64,000 bases of DNA from the human T2T-CHM13v2.0 reference genome, Homo sapiens. The position numbers were made by a program, and so were the translations under genes. This document shows, one piece after another, positions 27,866-40,843 of the stretch. The notes beneath the pieces are model-generated. The model did no database searches. It was not told the origin of the DNA and saw nothing but the letters and a program-made list of their open reading frames with translations. Within the stretch, counting starts at the first letter, position 1, and each line of letters opens with the position of its first letter. Where the stretch lies: the NCBI RefSeq assembly GCF_009914755.1, contig NC_060929.1; one strand, written 5' to 3'.

Positions 27866-29371
27866 TATTCCTTCTAAGGTGAAGGATAAGTTGCTGCATT
27901 TGGACCCTACTATAGCCAAAAAAGAGGCACAATGCCTCATGGACCTATTTGGATGTTGGAGGCAACACATTCCTAACTTGGGTGTGTTACTCTGGCCCAT
28001 TATCAAGTGACCTGAAAGGCTGCCAGTTTTGAGTAGGGTCCAGAACAGGTCTCTGCAATAGGTCCAGGCTGCTGTGCAAGCTGCTCTGCCACTTGGGCCA
28101 TATGACATAGTAAATTCAATGGTGTTCGAGGTGTCAGTAGCAGATAGGGATGCTATTTGGAGCCTTCAGCAGGCCCTCATAGGTGAATATAGCAGAGGCC
28201 TCTAGAATTTTTGAGCAAAGCCCTGTCATCTTCTGTAGTTAACTACTCTCCTTTTGAGAGACAACTCTTGGCCTACTGGGCTTTGGTGGAAACTGAACAT
28301 TTGACTATGAGTCATCAAGTCACCATGCAACCTCAACTGGGTGTTTTCTGACCTATCTAGCCATAAAGCGGGTCGTGCACAGCAGCATTCCATCATCAAA
28401 TGAAAGTGGTATATACATGATTGGACTCAAGCTGGTCCTGAAGGCTTAAATAAGCGACATGAGGAAGTGGCTCAAATGTCCATGTTCTCCACTCCTGCCA
28501 CCCTGCCTTCTCTTCCCCATCCTGCACCGATGGCCTCACAGGGAGTTCCCTTTGATCAGTTGACAGAGGAAGAGAAGACTAGGGCCTGGTTCACAGATGG
28601 TTCTGCACGATATGCAGGCACCACTCAAAAGTGGACAGCTGCAGCACTACAGCCCCTTTCTAGGGCATCCCTGAAGGATGCTGTGAAGGGAAATCTTCCC
28701 AGTGGGCAGAACTTGGAGCAGTGCACTTAGTTGTGCACTTTGCATGGAAGGAGAAATGGCAAGATGTGTGGTTATATACAGATTCATGGGCCGTAGCCAA
28801 TGGTTTGGCTGGATGGTCAGGGACTTGGACGAAGCATTATTGGAAAATTGGTGACAAAGAAATTTGGGGAAGAGGTATGTAGATGTACCCCTCTGAGGGG
28901 TTAAAAACTGTGAAGATATTTGTATCCCATGAGAGTGCTCACCAATGGGTGACCTCAGCAGTGGAGGATTTTAATAATCAAGTTAATAGGATGACCTGTT
29001 CTGTGGACACCACTCAGCCTCTTTCCCCAGCTACACCTATCATTGCCTGATGGGCCCATGACCAAAGTGGCTATGGTGGCAGGAATGGAGGTTACACACG
29101 GGCTCAGCAACATGGACCTCCACTCACCAAGGCTGACCTGGCTACGGCCTCTGCTGAGTGCCCAATTTGCCAGCAGCAGAGACCAACACTGATCCCTCGA
29201 TATGGCAGCATTCCTCATGGTGATCAGCCAGCTACCTGGTGACAGGTTGATTTTATTGGACTTCCTCCATCATGGAAAGGGTAGAGGCTTGTCCTTACTG
29301 GAATAGACACTTTCTCTGGATATGGGTTTGCCTATCCTGCACACAATGCTTCTTCCAAGACTACCATCCAT

Positions 29372-30000
29372 GGACTACAGAAGGCTTTATCCACCATCAT
29401 TGTATTCCACATAGCATTGCCTCTGACCCAGGCACTTACTTCATGGCTAAAGAAGAGTGTCAGTGGGCTCATGCTCATGGAATTCACTGGTCTTACCATG
29501 TTCCCCATCATCCTGAAGCAGCTGGATTGATAAAACAATGGAATGGCCTTTTGAAGTCACAATTACAATGCAAACTAGGTGACCATACTTTGCAGGGCTG
29601 GAGCAAAGTTCTCCAGAAGGCTGTGTATGCTCTGAATCAGTGTCCAATATATGGTACTATTTCTCTCATAGCTAGGATTCATGGGTCCAGGAATCAAGGG
29701 GTAGAATTGGAAGTGGAACCACTCACCATCACCCCTAGTGATCCACCAGCAAAATTTTTGCTTCCTGTGTTTGTGACATTATGTTCTGCTTGCCTAGACA
29801 TGTTAGTTCCACAGGGAGGAATGCTGCCACCAGAAGAGACAACAACGATTCCATTAAACTGGAAGTTAAGATTGCCACCTGGACACTTTGGGCTCCTCTT
29901 ACCTTTAAGTCAACAGGCTAAGAAGGGAGTTACAGTGTTAGCTGGGGTGATTGACCCAGACTATCAAGATGAAATCGGTCCACTACTTCACAACGGAGGA
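29372..30000 (+). pseudogene. HERV-L integrase C-half plus dUTPase
   Basis: IASDPGTYF, HPEAAGLIKQWNGLLK, then LPPGHFGLLLP..GVIDPDYQDEI; the first ~33 aa of the called ORF are off-frame. Confidence 0.88.
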
Positions 30001-32337
30001 CGGGTATGCATGGAATACAGGAGATCAATTAGGGCATCTCTTAGTAGTACCATGCCCTGTGATTAAGGTCAATGGGAAACTACAACAGCCTATCCAGGCA
30101 GGAATACAGATGGCCCAGACCCTTCAGAAATGAAGAGACAAAAGGAAATGAGTTTATATTCTGCAATGTTAGAGTTAACAATAATAATATAATACTAGAA
30201 ATAATGTGTTTAAATATAATATAAAATTTAGAAGTCAAAATTAAATCTTTGTTTCAGGAAATTTGATAGGTTAATCATTATTTCAGCAAACAAATCTGTG
30301 TTGTTTAAAATACTTTTCCTTCCATATTTCATTTCTAAGCATTTTCCCCTTGATATGATTTATCTTTTCTAAAGTGACTAGATCATTCAAAGCAAAGGAA
30401 CAATCAAAGCTAACTTTGCCTCAGGCTATTTGCAGTCGATGTCACTTGAGTTTAAACCACAAAGACATTTCAAAAAGAAAACATTTCTATCTCTTAATAT
30501 GTAAGCCAGGAGATATGAAATCATGGCATCCCCAGAGAAACACCTTTCCCTGATGTCAACTTGGCAACTTGCATCTGCTTTTCTGATGAACAAAGAAAAG
30601 TATTTGGCTATGACAGTTCAAAAACTGTGTATCCTTAAACTTTTTACCTTCAATGCTGCATTAATGAAGCATCTCTGCTCTTCTAAAGGCCATTAAAGGC
30701 TTTTAGCTCTCTCTCAATTGTATTAGCAAGGGAAAAGTAAGATGCATTGTGACCCTGTATCTAAGACACATGCCTAGATTCCCTGTTATGTAAAGTAAAA
30801 ACCATCCTGAAAATGCTTTCTGTTCTCAACATTTTATATCTACCTTCTCTGAACAGATAAGCACCACATATAATCAGCAAGATCAGCAAGTTCACAGCAA
30901 AGAAAGTTAGCTAAAAACTACTGCCAATACTTAGCAAGAACTGATTTACATATTTACCAAGTCACAGTTTCCATTATTATTGGAATACAACTCTACACAA
31001 AAGCACATACGAAAATTGAAAATACCATGATTTTTTTTTGAAACATCTAGTTTGAAGTCTTCAAATAGTCATGCTGGAAATTCTGTTCTTTTATAATCTA
31101 AAGTATGTATTTAATCATTCTATCACTTTCATTGCTTTCAATTTTTTAATAACTACCATATGCCTTTGGAAAATGAAGAAAAAGCAAAAAGAAAAAAGAA
31201 GATAAATTTGACACTCACTTTCAAGGAACTAAAATACTTCTCAGGATAAGAGCAATGCAAACAAAAGTAAAATAAAGCAGATTGAGGAATTCATTTCTGA
31301 AAAAGTTAGGTTAGGTTTTTTATATTACCTTTGGTGGAACCTGAGAAATAACTGTAGTTTTTGTTAAGCACACAAAACATTAGATGGGCATTCTAGGTAG
31401 GAGGAAGAGAACCTACACACTGTAAAGGCACAGAGCTATAGAAATCAGCATATTTTTAAGGTTTAAGTAACAGCATGCTTGGAGCTAAATTATGAGATAA
31501 ATTACCTAAAATATAAAATGATTTGTGGTCCACAACTGCTTTGCTAATAACAGTGACTGATAATGCTTGAGTTTACTGGGATCTGTTATGCATCTTGGGG
31601 ACTTCAAATCTTGGGAAATTAGGTATGTCATAGTAAAGAACCAGATTTCCAAAGCCTCTTTAGATGAGATCACTGATTCATATTAGATCCATGTACAGGT
31701 CATGGGCACCAGGAGAAACAACAACAAAAAAACACACTCAGAGCAAGAGTTAAAAGAGTTTCTATCCGTAGCTTAGCAAGAGACGATAGGAAGGCAGACA
31801 ATTAGGTCGTGTCAAAGAGCAGATAAAGAATTACAAGGCTCATAGCGTTCTCATAGATGAGCAGAGGTTTATAATATAGAGAAAGCCTAACTTCAAAGAG
31901 CCTTGAAGATAACAAGTAATCACTAAGGAGTATTCACCATTGTCTTGCTTAAAGGACATCTCCAGGTAAATCATTAGCATGTAGCATGGGCACAAAAGCA
32001 GTTCCTAAAAACACTTGGAACATGACATTAAAAAGCTAAACTCAAAAGATAGCATTATATGTGCTTATTTTAAAACATTGATATATACCTTTAATGAGAA
32101 CATTCCTTTATAAAAAGCTTATTAATTATGCTAAGTAGAACTGGGGTTCAAAATCACATCAAATATTGCAGCACAAGGCTTTGAAACACTGCTCCACTGC
32201 TTAGTGCTATATTTATTCAAAATCTTACTATTATTTACCTATCAAAGGTATAAATCTGTTAATTTTGAGATCTTTATTATGCAGATATTAATACACATAT
32301 AAATTGTCTTACTTTGTAAATGCATTTCAAGTATTAT

Positions 32338-33134
32338 TGAAGTGTGAGAGTTCCCTGGCCCCACTCGCAGGACATGTGACAGGGTGCAGTTCATCTTTTT
32401 CAGCCGCTAGGCATGCTCAAATGCCTTATGGGATGGGGAGTCCACGGATGGGCAGGTGCAGGAGCTGGGGCAAGTGCCCCTGGGCTCTGGCCACACAGTG
32501 GCGTCCAGAGTGGGTGTCTGAGACTCCCAAAGTGCAAGTGGACGTGTGTTACAGTGTGTTCTTTTAGCCTTGCCATCCACAGATGGCTTAAGTGTTAGAC
32601 AGCTCAGTGGACCCTCTACCTTTTCACAAGGGCAAAGGGCCAGTGCAACAGCTTTCTGTATCCGGAGCTCTTGTCTGGCATCCAGGAAAAGTCAGGTCAC
32701 ACAGGGACTTGAAGGATGAATGTGGGGGTTTTATTGACCGGTGGAGGTGGCTCTCAGCAGAATGGATGGGGAGCTGGAAGTGGGATGGAGTGAGAAGATG
32801 ATCTCACCCTGGAATGTGGCCATCCAGCAGCTGATTTTCACTCTGACTGTCCCCAGCCAAATTCCTCTCAATGTTCAGACATTCCTTCTCTCTGCCACAC
32901 CATTCTGCCATTCTTCTGCTCTTCTGTTCGTCTACTCATCTGCTTCTGGAGCCAGGGGTCTGGGGTTTATACGGGTACAAGACAGAGGTGTGGCAGGCCA
33001 AAAGGCAACTTTAGGGTGTGAAAACAGGAATGCCCGTTCCCATTTAAAGTCGTGGGTTTTCAGGCTTGAGGGTGAGGCCTTTGCCAGGAGCTGCCCTCTT
33101 CTACCCGGTATTTCCCTGTCTCTTCTCTGTATCA
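32338..33134 (-). mobile_element. LTR1-family (HUERS-P2) solo LTR
   Basis: Minus strand starts TGATACAGAGAAGAGACAGGGAAATACCGGGTAGAAGAGGGC; perfect 4-bp TSD TTAT (32334, 33135). Confidence 0.9.
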
Positions 33135-34773
33135 TTATCAAATAAATTGTCATGTTTAAATTTTATCAACTAATATTTTAAGCAATAAAATATATAATGT
33201 AGGTAACTATTATTTTGTTAGAGTTGATATCATCATTTTTAAAAAATGATGCATTAGCGTAAGGCTTCAGTATAACAAAAAATGTCAAACAGGTTCATGG
33301 TGTCAAATGTATGTGCTAAATGTCCATAAATAAGTTTTATGCCTCTATCTAAATCAGGATTTATACCATATAGTCTTTTAATACTTTATTTTGGTTAACT
33401 AATAAAAAAAAGGAAGAATATACAGTATTTATCTTCCAATGACCGTCATCAAACAGTCTTTGTCATAATTACAAACACATTGTAAAGTCTTTGTCATAAT
33501 TTCAAGATCATTTATCTCTGTATATAATTATAGTTATTAGGAAAATGTAATATTTTTAAATCTAATAGTCTATCCACTAGAATATCTAAGCAGTTTTATT
33601 ATAAGAAACTCTGCTAACACACTTAATTCATGGGCACATTTTTAATAGAAATGGAAACATTTGCTTAATCTGCAAAATGATCTTACTGATCTCAGCACTA
33701 TATATAACATGTAATCTTTCCACCTAATTTGTCCTTGCACATTTGCAAATTGCCAGTGGAAAATATTGCCTCCATTGAACTCCAAACTAAACAGAGTGCA
33801 AAACCTCCTCCTCCTCCAAATATATATAAAATTACAGTATCCTCAAATTAGTTTCTTTAAAATATATTGTTAAGGCTTCTGGTGTGATATTGAAGAAAAG
33901 TTCAGAATTTTCCCAGTTACATATTTTCAGTGTTACAGAAGGAATTTTTGGATAGGAACTAAATACAAAAAGTTTATTTTAAAAATAATACCAGGGAGCT
34001 CATATCTTTAGACTTCAAAGCACATGTAAATGCGCCAAAAAGCAGCAGCAAAGCTTGCATAGAAGCCAAGGGAAGGAATTAGAAAGAACAGGGCACAGAT
34101 TAATCTACAGAAAGTCTGTAGAATTTGTTGCAGACAAACAAGAAAAACAAGGAGACAAACCTAACAAAAAACTTCTAGAAGGCATTCTCTGACATAGACT
34201 CTGGGCCAGCAGAAGAAGTTCTCCTCTTGGGTGAGAAATTTAAAGAAAGTGAGAATAAGTGAATACTCCAACAAACATGAAATATGAGGGGGAATCAATA
34301 TGCTATTAGGGCAATGGAGAAAAAGAGGATTTTTGGTATCATGACAGCAAGCTGGTCAGGAGAGAAAGCTTCTCCCCTGCTGCTACCAAAAGGGAATATG
34401 TTTCACATGGCCGTGTCAAAGCAAGTCAAATTTCAGTCAACAGTGAATGATAGAAAGAGGACATTTGTAGCACCTATACAAGAATGCTTCAAGAAAACAA
34501 TTGAAAAAGTATAGCCAAATCTCAAGGAAACACTAAAAAAAAATTATTTTTCATAAATTAAAACACGATTTTTATTGGATTAGGAAAAATGGATATCTAT
34601 AGAAGAAAACATAACCTTCTATACTGAAGAGAGAAAAAATGAAAGCTGAGTGAAACGAGCATTAAAAATATATTTTGAAGAAAATCTACCAGAAAACAAA
34701 GAAAAATTTCAACATTGAAGATCCACCGTAGATACAAGATACAACAAAGATAAAATAAAAGAAAAAAAAATTT

Positions 34774-35073
34774 TATATATGTATGTATATATAAGTATAT
34801 ATAGTTGTATACAAGTATATACGCTATATACTTGTAAGAAGTTTATACATGTTTGTATAATTATAAGAAGCATATGTGTCTGTAAAAGTGCATGTACATA
34901 AAAGTGTACATATATGTGTGTATGTATTATAAGTACATATACATTTATACACATATGTATATACATACACATACATACGTATGCTTTTAAATACTTATAA
35001 AAACATATGCTTTTACACACTCACATATATATACATACACACACATATAAACACACACATACATATACACACA
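34774..35073. repeat. (TA)/(TG)/(CA) low-complexity tract
   Basis: Direct read. Confidence 0.85.
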
Positions 35074-35829
35074 GATCGATTTCTAAAGAAATAGATAATT
35101 TTAGGTATCTAGCAGAAGATTTCATGGAATTTCTACCAAGTTAAAAACACAATATTTAAATAACTTGGATGGAAAAGAAGAAAAATTTCAACACTTTTAT
35201 TTATTAAATAAGCCCAATATTGATGATATAACAATCCAAATAGGATTGAATATAAAAGGAATCATAGCTATAATATTAACAAAAATGATCTATATAAAGT
35301 GTTAATAAACAAAACCCAATACTGTATTAGTGAATAAATCTATTTTGTGTATTATGCAGAATAATTCCTATAATCCAGTGACTTTTATTTTAGCAATAAA
35401 AAATGGTTCAGTATTATATAAAATGGTGACCTAATTAATAATTACAATTAAATCAACTAGAGAAAATGTAAGTTGTGATAGATAAGGTTCAGAAATAGAC
35501 ATATGTAAATGCATATGGGAAATTATATAACCTAGTAGTATTTTGAATGAAAGAAATGGTTGAACTACTCAATAAATGACATTGAAATGACTGAAGTTGT
35601 GGGGGAGAGTTGACTCCAATTTACACAGGTATAAATTTTAAATGGGTTAAACACTGTTAAAACGGCATTATAAAAATACTTAAAAACATGTATATTTTTA
35701 ATTTTATAAATGCAAAGTAAATTAGGGATGTGTAACCATAACAGAAAGATTTAGAGACATGAAAGTATTACCAAAAACCAAAAGCAAAACAAACAAAAAT
35801 AAAAAACTGTCAATCAAAAATCAATAAAC

Positions 35830-36265
35830 TACAAACTCCCAAGGACTTAATCACTAATAGCCTACTACTGACCAGAAGCCTTACCAACAACATAAACAGT
35901 GGATTAAAATATATCTTGTATGTTATTTGTGTTATACACTCTATTCTTAACAAAATATAAGCTAAATAAAATAATGTTATTAAGAAAATCATAAGGAAGA
36001 GAAAATATATTTACTACTCATTAAATAGAAGTGGATCATGATAATGATCTTCATCTTCCTCATCTTCATGCTGAGTAGTCTGAGGAGGAGGAAGAGGAGG
36101 GGTTGGTCTTGCTGTCTCAAGAGTGGCAGAGGTGGAAGAGGTAGAGGAAGTGGAAGGGAAGGCAGGGAAGGCAGGAAAGGCAGTCACACTTGTAACTTTA
36201 ATTTTTAAAATTCACATATAAGTGAGACTGTTCAGTTCAAACTTGTGTGGTTGAAGGGACAACTG
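35830..36265 (-). mobile_element. Tigger2a/2b (MER28-like)
   Basis: actaatagcctactactgaccagaagccttacc..gaggaggaagaggaggggttggtcttgctgtctc..CAACTG|TA. Confidence 0.85.
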
Positions 36266-37008
36266 TATACTAAAGTTATTATGCATTGGCACAGAGCTAT
36301 TCGTAGTGAAATGTTGTATATAACTAAAGTGTCAGTTCAGGACTGTCCAAATAAATTAGAGCACACCTGTACAGTGGAATAATATTTAGCAAAATTGAGC
36401 ATGTCTTTTTATAGAAGGATCATCAATATATATGTAATGTGAATAAAGAATGGTGCAGAGATATATATAGTATATTAGTTTTGTAACATAAGCAAAATAT
36501 TTGTAAAAACATTTGGTTCTATATGCCTAAAACCATTGGAAAGATTGACAAGAAACTAATAACATGATTATATTTTGAGTAATAGTTGCACTGAGTGGAC
36601 TGAGAATGATTTTCACTAAATAACCATATATATTTAGGTATCTTTTTAATGGTTTAGCTACTCAAAAAGTAAATAAAGTTATATCAAGGGCAACTTATTC
36701 CAATGAGCAAGATTAAAAATATTTCTAACATAAATATTATAACTTAAATATTATCTACTTATTAAGAGACAAAGTAAATGCCCGAAATACTCCACTATAC
36801 TCTAATATTTTGTTTGGACCAAAGATGGAAATAATTTAAAAAGCAATATCTTTTAAAAAATCTTAGTCTAAAAAAGTACACTTACCTATTTGTTGCTTAA
36901 ACTCCATCACTTTAAGTTTTACCTGTAAAGCCATCTAAATAAATACTTAAAGTTAGAGGGGGAAGAGAAATAAGTAGCTATTCGTCTGAATACATTACAG
37001 TTGAATTA

Positions 37009-37280
37009 CAGTTGATCTTTAAATAACATGGGGTTCAACTACACCACTCCACTGATAGTAGATTTTCTTCAGCCTCTGTCATCCCTAAGACAGCAAGGCC
37101 ATCTGCTCCTGTTCCCCAGCCTACTCAACGTGAAGAGAATGTGGACTGAGACCTTTATGATAATCCATTCCCACTTTATGATAATCCATTCCCACTTTAT
37201 GAAAAACACGTATATATTTTCTCTTTCTTATGATTTTAACATTTTCTTTTCTTTAGCTAACTTTATTGTTAAAAATACAG

Positions 37281-37332
<52 letters not shown>

Positions 37333-37493
37333 TACCAAATATGTGCTAATTGACTGCATATGTTATTGGTAAGGCTTCTAATCAACAGCAGGCTATTAGA
37401 AGTTAAGTTTTGGGGGAATCAAAAGCTTTATGGGGATTTTCAACTGCTCCAGGGATGGTGCTCTTAACTCTAGAGTTCTTCAAGTGTCAACTG
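37009..37493 (+). mobile_element. Tigger2a (MER28), both TIRs, with internal 21-nt tandem duplication and (TA)~24
   Basis: TA|CAGTTGA...TCAACTG|TA; ctttatgataatccattccca twice; TA run 37282-37330. Confidence 0.88.
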
Positions 37494-38522
37494 TATTCTT
37501 GAATATTCTGTTAGAGCAGTAAGGTGTCCAATTTAGAACAGTAGGAGTTGTTACAAACTTTTCTGTTTGACTCACCATGAATAATCAACCAGTAGCCAAA
37601 TACTGATTATAAAAATTTCCATTGTGTGTGTGTGTATGTGTATGTGGGTGCATGTATGCATGTGTGTATGTGTGCACGCATGCAGGTATTGGATACTTTT
37701 TATTACTATTAATAAATAGAACTAAAGACTCCTCCCTGTTTTGCTGAAACTGTTAATTCATTAATTTACTATGTACTAGGTACATTTTATTATTTCATTG
37801 TAAAGTTTGATATAAACATCTCTCGTGATGCTTGTAAGATTATTCTGGAAAGAGGCCATGACTTTTTTCATCAGTATGGCCTTATCATTTTACAGAGTGA
37901 ATGACAACAATAGTTTGTTGAACAAATGCATTGATATGAGATCTACTTCATAAAAATGCAAATGAATGCATGATGGAAATTAGAAGAAATCATATTGAAA
38001 ATTATAACTGTGACTCTTCTCTTCCAGCTTATCTACATTTTTTGCTTCAGAATAATTCTTACTTTTCTATTAGTGTCATAGAAATTACAAAGGGTCTAGT
38101 CCAAAATGCTTATCTCATATCTATTATCCAACAACAGGAGGCCTTGAAGCTATGTATTTTTAATTACTTTATAATTACATATATTTCATGATTGAATTCA
38201 AATCGAGAAACATGTTTCTCTCGTGGATACAAAAAGTTGTATCATTGCCAAGGTGCAGCCATTTCTGACAATTAAAGTTCGTTATATCAAGGACTGTTTT
38301 CATTTTCCAAGATGCTAAGAGGGACAAAACATTAATTCAAGTGTTTTTCTTATTTTTTATTACATTCATGGACTTGTTGAGATGAAAGTTAGAAACGGAA
38401 GTAAAGAATAACTCTTATCAGAGACAAAGGAAGAAAACTCAGATATGTAGGAAAACATTAATATAGTGCTTAAGCCAAAGAGAGCACATCACCCTCACAC
38501 GCAGCTTTAGCTTTTGGGGATT

Positions 38523-38920
38523 TGATATGATTTGGCTCTGTGTCCCCAACCAAATCTCATCTTGAATTGTAATCTCCATAATCCCCATCTGTTGAGGACA
38601 GGATCTGGTGTGAGGTGATTGGATCATGGAGACAGTTTTCCCCATGCTGTTATCATGATAGTGAGTGAGATCTCACGAGATCTGATGGTTTTATAAGTGT
38701 TTCACAGTTCTTCCTATGCTCTCTCTCTCTTTCTCTCTCATTGTTGCTCTCTTGCCTGCTGCCTTTAAGACATGCCTGCTTCTCCTTCCACCATGATTAT
38801 AAGTGTCCTGAGGCCTCCCCATCTATGCTCAAGGAACTGTGAGTCAATTAAACCTCTTTTCATTATAAATTTCCCAGTCTCTGGCAGTTCTTTATAGCAG
38901 TGTGTAAACAGACTAATACA
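38523..38920 (+). mobile_element. THE1D/MSTA-type MaLR solo LTR
   Basis: TGATATG...CTAATACA; perfect TSD GGATT. Confidence 0.92.
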
Positions 38921-39589
38921 GGATTGATATAAATACAAATAAAAATACACATTTGCCATACATCCTCTGCCAATCCTGTGACTCTGACAACTCTCAGAGA
39001 CAACTCTAATTCAACTAAGCAAGCTTATACAAACTACACCTATATTACAAAATGTTTCTAATTCTGTCTCACTCTAAATATAAAAGTACACCTAGCTGAG
39101 GTCTACTTTCTATATCTAATATACCTAACTTGAAAGTATGTGAAATTAGGAAAAAGGCAAGGAATTAATTTCAATATCTGTTCTTTTCTCTAAATTATTT
39201 AAGCACACCATTTAAAATTCCAATAAGCTATTGAACTATTTGTCTATTTCAATAATAAAAATTCTCTGGAATTAAAAAAACTCAGATGTTGTAGTATATC
39301 CATCCCTTTTTTACTGTTCTTTTAAAATTTGTTTTTTAGTAAAAGTCTTTAAAAATAATTAATTGTAATAAACATTGAAGCCCAATTTTAAAGTATTTAT
39401 TATGTACCTGGTACCGTGCTTTATAATTTATGTAAATTAACTTAATTCTTACAAACCCTTTGAAATAGTTATTAGTATTGTTCAGTTTTACAGATAAGGA
39501 CATCAGGCTCTGATTAATTAACTTCCATTCTCACTTAAACTAATTCCATTCCAACACTTCCAAAAAAAAAGCTATTATTACCAGTGTTA

Positions 39590-40470
39590 CAAATAAAATC
39601 GACTTTGAAAATCTAATGTAAACTTTTAATTTACTTCCTGCCTGATCTTCCTACAGCACTGAATCTTCTTACTACCATTTACCTAGAACCTGTTCCTTTA
39701 TTTCAGGGACAACATACCTTCTGTTCTCTCTCCTGTCTGGCTTACAGGTCCTTCTTTCTTTATACAGAAACTCATCATGCAAACTCTAACCATATAACTT
39801 TGAAATGCTCCACAACTTAGTTTGAGGCCACTTTACTTATTATCAAGATTCAGTCTCCTGGTTCCTAAATCCTGTCCCATAGCTTCAAATATCATTTAGA
39901 TGCTGAGAATTTAAAAAAAAAAAAAAAAAGTATCTCCAGTCATGCCTCTATTTTAAAATCCAGTCATGTTTAATTAACAATTCAACATTTTTCCTTGAAC
40001 ATACAATAGACAATCTCAAATTAATATGCCCCAATCTGAACTCAATCTAACCTTTACATACTCCAATCACCCCCTTCAGATTTGCTTTTATTCAAGGGTT
40101 CCATATTTTAAAAAAACAAACATATAAAAATATTTGCAAAGAGCCTGTATCCTATTAGCATAGCCCACGATATTTGAATTTTCCTCAACTCCTCTATTTC
40201 TCTTACACCATGTATTGAATCTAAAAGGAAATTCTATTAGCACTATTTATGTAATATAGCCACAATAACTGGTTCTCGCCACCACCACCACTTCTCTACT
40301 ATATATTTTTCACAACCACCTTTAGATTTTCTTGCTTCTGATTTGCCAGCTCTATGTTCAATCCAGGAGTCATTTTCAGTTTTTCAAAAGGAAGTAAGAA
40401 TGTATGACTCATCTGCTGTCTGATTTCTCATCTCACTCAGAAAACACATATACCATTCTTTGTGCACCAA
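39590..40470 (+). mobile_element. L2 LINE fragment
   Basis: tcccatagcttcaaatatcatttagatgctga; tctcaaattaatatgccccaatctgaactc. Confidence 0.6.
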
Positions 40471-40843
40471 ATAGCACAATCTTTAAAAGTAAAGGTTTAT
40501 ATTTTACTTTATATATATTTTATCATCAATTTCCTTGAAATACCTGTTTCTGGTCAGTACAAACCACAGATTAGTAGAGACTCCTGAGCAGAATAAGAAA
40601 CAAACTAAATATTATAATAAATAACATTCCAAAATAAGGAAAGGCTTCTGAGGAATCTAACCATTTTCAGGAAATCCACCTGGAATCCCATTCTCACAGT
40701 ATTGGAACTCCCTCATTCTTTCTTTAGCTGGTCACTGCGCACCTAGTCTTTTCACTCTCCACCAAAAAAAAAAAATTCCTCAGGAAAGGCTTTGACAGAG
40801 GAATAATAGTTACTTGAACCAAAGCTTCAAATTCTACATTTTC

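Larger units (their letters stand above)
24946..30135 (+). mobile_element. HERV-L provirus: last ~35 nt of MLT2 5'LTR, PBS-Leu, gag-pro-pol-dUTPase; 3' end and 3'LTR missing
   Basis: ctattagttctgtctctctagggaatcctcataca (MLT2 U5 end) then TGGTACCAGAAATGG PBS; LLDTGSEL, HYIDD (27695-27709), WFTDGSA and GVIDPDYQDEI; many stops. Confidence 0.95.
33870..36670 (+). mobile_element. Highly decayed L1ME-type fragments, interrupted by simple repeats and Tigger2a
   Basis: A-rich L1-like ORF1/ORF2/3'UTR text (e.g. cagaaatagac, actactcaataaatg, tacagtggaataatatttagc); boundaries approximate. Confidence 0.4.

Noticed and set aside
31560-32030. Possible ancient LTR fragments
   Set aside because: Too degenerate to assign without an HMM search.
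32304-33153. GC-richer ORF cluster suggesting an exon or promoter
   Set aside because: It lies essentially within the LTR1 solo LTR bounded by a TSD.
34709-37372. ORFs rich in Y/I/H/C (34709, 37028)
   Set aside because: They are translations of TA/CA simple repeats.
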